64,000 nt of DNA from Candidatus Hydrogenedentota bacterium (GTDB lineage Bacteria > Hydrogenedentota > Hydrogenedentia > Hydrogenedentales > SLHB01). Under the pieces are notes generated by a model. It did no database searches, was not told the DNA's origin, and was given only the letters and a program-made list of their open reading frames with translations. Location: the NCBI GenBank assembly GCA_045863295.1, contig BTWA01000007.1, positions 72,469 through 136,468 on the forward strand, in the 5' to 3' direction. Shown piece after piece: positions 40,312-48,363 of the stretch. Within the stretch, counting starts at the first letter, position 1; every line of letters begins with the position of its first letter. Position numbers and translations under genes: made by a program.

Positions 40312-40516
40312 GGCGAGATCTCCCCCTGAACGAAGTAGAAGCAATCCTGGGCAGCCTGGACCCCCATCCGGCCGCCCTGGATCCCGTGGCTTGAGTATAC
40401 CCCAATATACCGATCGGGCGACATCAAGTTTGGCTTAAGCTCATTACTGCAATTGCCGGGACCGATTCAGACGAGAGTTGCTTCTTGGCCGCCATACCGG
40501 CGGCACAAGAGAAGTA

Positions 40517-41182
40517 TCAAGACCGTTTTCGGAACAGCCTGGGGTTGCGTCGTATGAATGCCCGGATTCCGTCTCCAATAAACGAGTATCGCCCCGACTT
40601 GAAATAAGCCATACCCATGGCTGCCACGACAGCGGCGCCTGCTATGTCCACCATTAGGTCCTGCATGGTATCGTCTATGCCTGTCTCCACGCTTTGCATA
40701 TTGGTGCCTGGGAGGGCTCGATCGACGATATATTCAAAGATCTCCCAGATTACCCCCATAAAGACGGCGAACGTCACGCCAAAAAAGCAGACAAACGTGG
40801 GATGAATGCCTTTGGGTAGACGCGATGTTTGGTTCAGCAGATACAAGGTGATAAAGCCCACCATTCCAAACAAGAATCCGGATCCGGCGTGCAGGGCAAG
40901 ATCCCACCACCAGAATTTGTAATAGAAATCACCGGCCGATCCCAGAAAGAAAGACAGGAAGATGAATGCAGCCGATATCAACTGGAACTCAGGCGGCAGA
41001 TAGATGCGATACCGCTTAAGCACCGCGGGCACCACGGTCAATGCAATCACGAGCAGCGTTAGAAATACATTCTCCCAGTCTTGCCGTACGACAAAAACAA
41101 CCAGGCCAATTGCCATCGTTGTCTGAATCACAATGGTCAACTTGAGGTAAAGACTTTGGGAATCCGATTCGTCCTCGGGCAT
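40517..41182 (-). CDS. Membrane protein (DUF2238/YjdF-like)
   Basis: About 6 TM helices; FY..FWWWD..LH, WEIFEY, DTMQDL. Confidence 0.7.
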   Translation of the reverse strand: MPEDESDSQSLYLKLTIVIQTTMAIGLVVFVVRQDWENVFLTLLVIALTVVPAVLKRYRIYLPPEFQLISAAFIFLSFFLGSAGDFYYKFWWWDLALHAGSGFLFGMVGFITLYLLNQTSRLPKGIHPTFVCFFGVTFAVFMGVIWEIFEYIVDRALPGTNMQSVETGIDDTMQDLMVDIAGAAVVAAMGMAYFKSGRYSFIGDGIRAFIRRNPRLFRKRS

Positions 41183-41227
41183 ATGGCACTCTATGCAACT
41201 CTACGGCCTCGTTATCCGGGGTCTTCG

Positions 41228-42976
41228 TCAAGGCCGCTTTTGAATCTCTTCCACAATTCTTAACCGCAACGCTTCCAATATCATTCCTTTTTCTGGCAGG
41301 GGTTGAGTTTGCGCCGGGTTTTCAAGCCATGTGCTCCAAGTGGGTACTGCCTCCCGGATTATTTTGTCCACGGCCTCTCTTCCACCGCGCTGTTCGAGGA
41401 TGGTGAGGTATTCGTAGTCTTCCATGCCGTCCCGGAAATTCTTGAGGCGAATGGATGCGATGGGCCCGTCGATGCCTATCTCTTTTCCGGGGTAGAAGAG
41501 AAAGCCTTCTCCATTCCATCGGACGCGGAATCCGGGATCGTGCCATGGATTGCGGTCCGGGCTTCCCCAATAGACAGATGACCAATAGAGGAAGCCAGTA
41601 ATGTTATAGCGGCGGTTTATCCACGGTGCGATGCGGTAGACCAGAGGTGAAAAGTCGATCTGCCAATACGGCGGATCGTCTTCCTTTACCTCTTCGTAAT
41701 GGGGATGGTAGCTATGTGCGCGTTGCGTCAGCGCGGTATAGCTCCAGACAGTATCGCCTTCGGCCTGCACAGCCCGGATAGAGTCTTCATCGATGAATCC
41801 GAGCAGGGGACACCAGATGTCGATGGCTTCATTCAAAGTGCCCCACGCTGGGTCGTGTGTGTAGGTTTGTTCTACGATAAGCCGCCGAAGGCGGGGTTCT
41901 GCCTCCTCTATCTGCGCCGCCAGTTCACGGACCTTGTCGTAATCCTCCAATGTGTTGGGTTCGTCGAACATGTAGATATACGAACGATCCACCCATCCTT
42001 TTCTTGCAAGAAATTCATGCCACGAGGTGTAGTAGTTCTTGCGCTTCACCTGGTCTTCCTCTGAATTGCCGGTGTAGGGAGCCCGGTGAATTTCGAAATT
42101 GGTGACATGAAATCGATCCATGAATTGTGTCAGTCGAGCTTCCAAATCGGCGTCCACCGCGATCACTCCGTCGTCGCCCGGTGTTGGCATGAGTCTCCGC
42201 GGTATAGGCGGATTGATCCGATGGTCGGCGGCCATCGCGATGAATTGATCTTCGATGGCGTAGTAGGCCTCCTCGTCGGTGTTAAGTCCCCAGTATGCGG
42301 CAACCCGTTCGAATCCGCCGAAGTGATTTTCGTGTGTAGGACCCTCCGGCAGGGAGAAACCCCACACTATCAGCGTTACCGGCACGTCGACTGGCTTTGC
42401 ATTTTCCGCGGTAATCGAAATCGAACCTTTGTACTCGCCGGATTTCGCGTTTTTTGGAACGGCGATATCAATCCATATGTTTTCGTGGTGGTCCTCCCAC
42501 ACGTTAAACGGGACACCGCCGAACTGCGCGCCGGATACTTTTTCCCCGTTCCATACGGGAGTCTGGATGGGTTCTCCCGTTACTGGATGGACAAAGGGGA
42601 CAAGGGGATCGGGAATCCATCCCGGCGGTTCGGTTGCGCGAGGCGAAGAGACCCGGACGGGTACGTACACTGCCCGGTACAACGTGCATTCCATGGAAGC
42701 GGGCGTGCCGCCGGCATCCACCATTGGGTTGGCCTTTGCACTTACATTTAGAAGGCTTCCGTTCCTTGCTGTGACGACCACTAGAAACGATTCGGTCTCA
42801 TTTTGCGCGGCGGCCAAAGTGGCCTCCGAGGATCCCGCAATTTCGCCGTTTGGCCTGGCTCTTTCATATGCTGGCAAGACATGCGCTTCTATGGAAGGAG
42901 AGTTGGGCTGTGCCATGGCGATATCCCGTGTCATGATTGCACAGCCCAGGCAAAGTAGCAGCGAGCAGGGTTTCAT
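41228..42976 (-). CDS. DUF4091-containing GH123-like glycoside hydrolase
   Basis: ATG 42976 follows GGAGG. AAQNETESF, IPDPL, YMFDEP (DE pair), GFLYW, GEGFLFYPG, SIRLKNFRDGMEDYEY. Confidence 0.85.
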   Translation of the reverse strand: MKPCSLLLCLGCAIMTRDIAMAQPNSPSIEAHVLPAYERARPNGEIAGSSEATLAAAQNETESFLVVVTARNGSLLNVSAKANPMVDAGGTPASMECTLYRAVYVPVRVSSPRATEPPGWIPDPLVPFVHPVTGEPIQTPVWNGEKVSGAQFGGVPFNVWEDHHENIWIDIAVPKNAKSGEYKGSISITAENAKPVDVPVTLIVWGFSLPEGPTHENHFGGFERVAAYWGLNTDEEAYYAIEDQFIAMAADHRINPPIPRRLMPTPGDDGVIAVDADLEARLTQFMDRFHVTNFEIHRAPYTGNSEEDQVKRKNYYTSWHEFLARKGWVDRSYIYMFDEPNTLEDYDKVRELAAQIEEAEPRLRRLIVEQTYTHDPAWGTLNEAIDIWCPLLGFIDEDSIRAVQAEGDTVWSYTALTQRAHSYHPHYEEVKEDDPPYWQIDFSPLVYRIAPWINRRYNITGFLYWSSVYWGSPDRNPWHDPGFRVRWNGEGFLFYPGKEIGIDGPIASIRLKNFRDGMEDYEYLTILEQRGGREAVDKIIREAVPTWSTWLENPAQTQPLPEKGMILEALRLRIVEEIQKRP

Positions 42977-43065
42977 CGCGAATCCTCCCGTTATCACGCT
43001 TGGACCATCCGTGAAGTCCATCGCGCCTTATCCATTGACTCTATACCGCATTGGATAGTATTTTC

Positions 43066-44430
43066 ATGCATCTGGCGACGATACCGTTCAGTAGAAGTGG
43101 ACATCCCTTGATATCACGCATTATATCCGCATCATCGCGTTCACCCGGGACTTTCCTTGCGTTTTTTTTCCTGATGGTATTTTCCGGTTGCCAGACAACT
43201 GTCAGCATGATGCCAACACCCAATATCTACAGGAACGGTGGAGAAAACCCGTTCGAATCGGTGCGAAGCGAATTCAGGACCAACGAAGTAGACATCATTT
43301 ATGCAACCGACCGTATGCCGGATGATTTATCTGACGCGCCGCATGTTCAGTATGGCCATATGCGGAGTCCGAAGCTTGTATTTGGCCAAGCCCGGATAGG
43401 GTTTGGCGAGGATGTATCGTGGGAAAACCTGGTGGAAGAGAGCCTTTCCGGTTCGCCCCGCAAGGACATGGCTCCGCGCGTTATTGATGTCCGTGAGATA
43501 ACTTCGCTTCCGGATCCGGTGGACTACTTGAATCCAGGGGTTCATGCGTTTTCGGACGACAGTGCGTTGTTGAATATCGAGCAAGCGGCCGCGTTGCGTT
43601 TGCATAGTCTGGTAAACGACTACGTTGAGGGGAGTGAGCATCGCGAAGCTTATGTGTTTGTACACGGGTACAACGTAAACTTTGACGATTCCGTCAAGGT
43701 GATGGCAGAACTTTGGCATTTTCTGGGCAGGGACGGGGTACCGATTGCCTATACGTGGCCCGCGGGTCACGGCGGCTTGCGGGGGTATACGATTGATCGG
43801 GAATCGGGAGAGTTTACGGTCTGGCATCTGAAGAGGTTTCTAACGGCTCTTGCAGCGTGTCCCTCGCTGGACAGGATCAACATTATTGCTCATAGCCGCG
43901 GTACTGATGTTGTGATAACAGCATTGCGCGAGTTGCACCAATTTCATTTGGGTGGAAATCGCGATACTCGAAGCGTATTGAAATTGGGCAACGTGGTGCT
44001 TGCCGCGCCGGATTTGGATCTCCAGGTGGCGACGCAACGCATTATCCCGGAAGGCTTGGGGAGCGTACCCGAGCGACTGACCATATACATTTCCGAAAAA
44101 GACCGGGCGATGGAAGCCTCCAACTGGTTGTTCGGCGGTGTGGCTCGACTTGGCCGACTAACGATGGCCCTTTTATTGCCTTTGGAATCCCGCCGGTATG
44201 AGTCCATGGATACCGTCGCGGTGATCGATGCCCGTACCAAACGTGCTGATATTTATGGGCACAGTTACTTTTATCAGAGTCCCGCAGTGAGCTCCGATCT
44301 TATTTTGTTATTGCGTAAAAACTGTGATCCAGGTATTGAGAATGGGCGCCCCCTTCGTCTTGCCGCCCCGAAGTATTGGGTTCTCGATGATTCCTATCCT
44401 TCGTTTCCGAAGGGTGAAGACGGCCAATAG
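43066..44430 (+). CDS. DUF900 alpha/beta hydrolase, probable lipoprotein (start uncertain)
   Basis: FSGC lipobox-like motif; YATDR, FVHGYN, IIAHSRG, LAAPDLD, GHSY. Confidence 0.85.
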   Translation: MHLATIPFSRSGHPLISRIISASSRSPGTFLAFFFLMVFSGCQTTVSMMPTPNIYRNGGENPFESVRSEFRTNEVDIIYATDRMPDDLSDAPHVQYGHMRSPKLVFGQARIGFGEDVSWENLVEESLSGSPRKDMAPRVIDVREITSLPDPVDYLNPGVHAFSDDSALLNIEQAAALRLHSLVNDYVEGSEHREAYVFVHGYNVNFDDSVKVMAELWHFLGRDGVPIAYTWPAGHGGLRGYTIDRESGEFTVWHLKRFLTALAACPSLDRINIIAHSRGTDVVITALRELHQFHLGGNRDTRSVLKLGNVVLAAPDLDLQVATQRIIPEGLGSVPERLTIYISEKDRAMEASNWLFGGVARLGRLTMALLLPLESRRYESMDTVAVIDARTKRADIYGHSYFYQSPAVSSDLILLLRKNCDPGIENGRPLRLAAPKYWVLDDSYPSFPKGEDGQ

Positions 44431-44608
44431 CACTATCTGAAGGTATTGTTCTGATTAGATTTACGCAATTACGTACGTCGGCCTCTGGGAGGCCACTGCA
44501 TCTGAAGTCCGATTGCTGTTCCCGGGGGCTGTAGATTGAAGTAACTTGGAGCTTCTGCTAAAGTCCCGGAACCATAAAACCTATCAATACAAACTTGAGA
44601 AGCTCGGC

Positions 44609-45193
44609 ATGCCCGGTTACCGGCTTATTGCAGGCGTGATTTTGTGGTCCACTTCCGTCGTGTGCGGATTCTGGATCATTGCGCTTTACGAGAATGAGCC
44701 CGCCAAGGCCCAAACTGGGATGGTTGTTTGGCCCGAAGGTGTGAACCTGCCGGTAATACCCTCTAAGATGCCCCTACTCCTGTTCATTCATCCCAAGTGT
44801 CCTTGTACACGGGCAACGTTGTCCGAACTGGATAGATTGCTTCCGGACATCTCGTCTCGAGTGAGTCCGATCTTGATTTCATATGAGCCTTCCGATCCTG
44901 CCCTTGCGGTCGAATGGCGGAACACAATCAACGTGCGCTATTTCGACCAAACCCCAGGTGTACAAAAGGTATTTGATAAGCGGGGTGATCTGGCAAGGAA
45001 ATTTGGCGTGTCGGCTTCAGGAGCTTTACTCCTCTTTGATACGGATGGAAAATTGCTTTTTCAGGGCGGTATCACAAGCAGCCGGGGCCACGAAGGCGCC
45101 AATCCAATACAGGACAGTTTGGTTGACTTGATTCGAGATGGCAGCGGGAGTCCAGTAATTGCTCCTGTTTTTGGCTGCAGTCTGTTCGAGTAG
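44609..45193 (+). CDS. RedB-like membrane-anchored thioredoxin-fold protein
   Basis: N-terminal TM helix; FIHPKCPCTRATL, FGVSASG, GGITSSRGHEG, C-terminal VFGCSL. Confidence 0.7.
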   Translation: MPGYRLIAGVILWSTSVVCGFWIIALYENEPAKAQTGMVVWPEGVNLPVIPSKMPLLLFIHPKCPCTRATLSELDRLLPDISSRVSPILISYEPSDPALAVEWRNTINVRYFDQTPGVQKVFDKRGDLARKFGVSASGALLLFDTDGKLLFQGGITSSRGHEGANPIQDSLVDLIRDGSGSPVIAPVFGCSLFE

Positions 45194-45268
45194 CTGCAGG
45201 TCCAGTGCAAACTTAGAATTGATTGTGTTCTGTTTGAAACACGATATTCGCGAAAGGTAGCGACGATT

Positions 45269-47170
45269 TTGGATGTTCTAGCGCGAGCCAACGAAATATT
45301 CGAGGGAGACCGCAAACGCCTATTCATTCAAGTGGATAAGGTTTTCGGCGGTTTGATGGTATTTCAGTTTATCGCGTCTGTCGTTTTTGCGCTGGTGGTA
45401 TCGCCGCGTGCGTGGTCGGGCGAGGTAAGCCATCTACACCCCCATGTTTGGTCGGCGGTTATACTAGGCGGAATCATCTCCATATTTCCGTGTTTATTGG
45501 TTCAGCTTTATCCCGGCATGCTTCTGACGCGCCATGTGGTGGGTGTTTCCCAGATGTTGATGGGAGCATTGTTAATCCACCTTACGGGTGGCCGGATCGA
45601 GACTCATTTTCATGTATTTGGTTCACTTGCATTCCTTTCATTTTACCGTGACTGGCCTGTATTGATTTCGGCTTCAGCTGTTGTCGCCACGGATCATTTT
45701 TTGCGGGGCGTATATTGGCCGCAGTCTGTATTTGGTGTTTTGTTCGCCTCACAATGGCGATGGATTGAGCATGCCGCGTGGGTTGTGTTTATTGATGTGT
45801 TCTTGGTTTCGACCTGTATTCGCAGCATACGAGAGATGAGAGACTCGGCGAGCCGAATGGCTGAACTCGAAGCGACAAACCGCGTAATTGACGCCAAAGT
45901 GAAAGAGCGTACTGCTGAACTTGCCCGGCATCGGGAAAGGCTTGAAGAGGAAGTCGCTGAGCGTACGTCCGCACTTCAAGCGGCCATGAGTAATCTGAAG
46001 GCCAACAATGTCGAACTCGAATTGGCGAATCAGCACAAGAACCGATTTCTTTCCACGATGAGCCATGAACTTCGCACGCCGTTGAATGCGATCATCGGAT
46101 TTACCGATTTGCTGCAATCCGAGGGATTTGGCACGCTCAACAAGGATCAGAGTGAATATGTAGGCCGTGTGGCTGCCAGTGGCGAACACTTGTTGTCGCT
46201 CATTAATGATGTGCTGGATGTTGCGCGCATCGACGCGGGGACCATGGAATTTCGCGCCGAACCTTTCGAAGTCAAGTTGGCTGTTCATGAAGTGATGAAG
46301 ATGTTGAGTGAGCCGCTAAAGAAGAAGAGTATTTCCATCAAGTCTGACATTCCAGATAACGCGGGTGCAGTGGTCGCCGACCAAAGAAAATTCCGGCAAA
46401 TTCTGCTCAACCTGGTGGGGAATGCCATTAAGTACAGCCCAGACGGTGGGCACATTGAAATTGGCGCCCGCCCGGATGGAGAACATGAACTTCAAATTTC
46501 GGTCAGCGATCACGGTATTGGGATTGCTGAAGAAGACCAGTCGCGCATATTTGATGAGTTTCACCAAGTAAACCGGCGACGCGATGAGGCACTTGGCGGA
46601 ATCGGTTTGGGATTGGCACTGACACGCCGTCTTGTCGATTTGCAAGGCGGCCGGATATGGGTAGAAAGCGAGTTGGGCCGGGGATCCACATTTATATTTA
46701 CACTTCCCCGCAGTACCGAGGGGGTTGCCGGGCCTGAATCCGCGGTGCCGGAACTGGAGCAAGCCGGTGGGCGGCAGACGGAGCAAAAACTGATTTTGAT
46801 CGCCGAAGATAATGAAGCCAATCGAGTGATGATTGAGAACATGATTTACTTGAAGCACTACCAGACGGTTCTCGCGTGCAACGGGCGCGAGTGCATTGAG
46901 TTGGCTCAAAAACATAGACCTGACCTAATCCTGACCGATGTCCGCATGCCGGTGATGGATGGCCTGGAAGCCACCCGTCGTCTTCGCGCGATGCCAGATT
47001 TTCAGAACATACCGATTATCGCACTTACGGCCAATGCCAGCGCCGTATCTGAGGAAGATTGTTTGGCGGCGGGGTGCGACGAACATATGGCGAAGCCGGT
47101 AAAAATCCGGCAACTTTTTGCAGCGCTCGACCGGTATTTGAAACCAGAATCCGACCCGATTCCCGCGTAA
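45269..47170 (+). CDS. Hybrid sensor histidine kinase with multi-TM His-rich sensor and REC domain
   Basis: TM region with HLTGGRIETHFHVFG; H-box SHELRTPLN; N, G1, F and G2 boxes; REC motifs AEDN..TDVRMP..KP. Confidence 0.93.
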   Translation: MDVLARANEIFEGDRKRLFIQVDKVFGGLMVFQFIASVVFALVVSPRAWSGEVSHLHPHVWSAVILGGIISIFPCLLVQLYPGMLLTRHVVGVSQMLMGALLIHLTGGRIETHFHVFGSLAFLSFYRDWPVLISASAVVATDHFLRGVYWPQSVFGVLFASQWRWIEHAAWVVFIDVFLVSTCIRSIREMRDSASRMAELEATNRVIDAKVKERTAELARHRERLEEEVAERTSALQAAMSNLKANNVELELANQHKNRFLSTMSHELRTPLNAIIGFTDLLQSEGFGTLNKDQSEYVGRVAASGEHLLSLINDVLDVARIDAGTMEFRAEPFEVKLAVHEVMKMLSEPLKKKSISIKSDIPDNAGAVVADQRKFRQILLNLVGNAIKYSPDGGHIEIGARPDGEHELQISVSDHGIGIAEEDQSRIFDEFHQVNRRRDEALGGIGLGLALTRRLVDLQGGRIWVESELGRGSTFIFTLPRSTEGVAGPESAVPELEQAGGRQTEQKLILIAEDNEANRVMIENMIYLKHYQTVLACNGRECIELAQKHRPDLILTDVRMPVMDGLEATRRLRAMPDFQNIPIIALTANASAVSEEDCLAAGCDEHMAKPVKIRQLFAALDRYLKPESDPIPA

Positions 47171-47195
47171 CGTATAGACGTCAGGATGAGTGTGC

Positions 47196-48332
47196 ATGGA
47201 AATGGCCTTAACCGACAAAACATCCGAAATGGCCTTGGACAAGGCCGACATTCTGATCGTGGACGACAGCGAGCAGAATCGTGCTGTCCTGGCCGGTCAT
47301 ATTCGCTTAATAGGTCACACTTCCCGCGACGCGGAAAACGGGCTCCTGGCATTGGCGGCCATGCGGGCACAGACACCGGACTTGATTTTACTGGATCTCA
47401 ATATGCCAGTGATGGATGGTGTAGAAGTTTTGGGGGAGATGGAATCGGATTCGGTACTTTCCGGCATTCCCGTGGTGATTATATCGGGAAACGATGATCC
47501 GACGATCATCAGCGAGTGCATACGCCGTGGCGCTGACGATTATCTTGTGAAGCCATTCCAGCCCAGGATACTTAGGGCCCGGATCGAGAATTCGCTCGCC
47601 AAATTGCGATTCAGGCAAAAAGAGCGTGCGCTTCATGAAATGACAGAGAGGTACAACGAGGAGCTGAAAGAGCGCGTGCAAGCACAAGTGCGCCAAATCA
47701 CCGAAGCGCAGTTGAGCACCATATTTGCTTTGAGCACGCTTGCGGAATCCCGCGATCCGGAAACCGGCGCACATTTGGAACGCATGCGATCCTACTGCGC
47801 ATTGCTTGCGAGTGAACTTGCCACGAATGGCCCCTATGCAGGTGAGATATCGAGGGACTTTGCGGATTTGCTTTATTCAGCTTCGCCACTGCATGACATT
47901 GGAAAAGTTGGCGTTCCCGACAATGTCTTGTGCAAACCGGGCAAACTTACTGAAGACGAATATGCGATTATGCAGACGCATTGCCAATTGGGCGCGGATA
48001 CGTTGCGGCGCCTGAAAGACAAGTTTCCTGATAATACGTTTCTGGCCATGGGATACGAGATTGCGTTGTACCACCATGAGAAGTGGAATGGCAAGGGCTA
48101 TCCCTCGGGATTGCGGGAAAATGCGATCCCGTTGTCTGCGCGTATACTGGCATTATGCGACGTATACGATGCGCTTACATCCAAGCGATGCTATAAAGAC
48201 GCGATGTCTCATGAGGCCAGCGCGGCAATCATTTACAAGGAGCGAGGTGAGCATTTTGATCCCGCAATTGTGGATGCATTTCACAATTGTGAACTTCAGT
48301 TTCAGGAAATCTGCAGACAGTTTCAGGATTAG
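47196..48332 (+). CDS. REC plus HD-GYP c-di-GMP phosphodiesterase (RpfG family)
   Basis: REC motifs VDD..LDLNMP..KPF; ETGAHL.R, LHDIGK, HHEKWNGKGYP, DVYDAL. Confidence 0.93.
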   Translation: MEMALTDKTSEMALDKADILIVDDSEQNRAVLAGHIRLIGHTSRDAENGLLALAAMRAQTPDLILLDLNMPVMDGVEVLGEMESDSVLSGIPVVIISGNDDPTIISECIRRGADDYLVKPFQPRILRARIENSLAKLRFRQKERALHEMTERYNEELKERVQAQVRQITEAQLSTIFALSTLAESRDPETGAHLERMRSYCALLASELATNGPYAGEISRDFADLLYSASPLHDIGKVGVPDNVLCKPGKLTEDEYAIMQTHCQLGADTLRRLKDKFPDNTFLAMGYEIALYHHEKWNGKGYPSGLRENAIPLSARILALCDVYDALTSKRCYKDAMSHEASAAIIYKERGEHFDPAIVDAFHNCELQFQEICRQFQD

Positions 48333-48363
48333 GACACAGTTCACCGTTGTACGAAGCGTTTAG

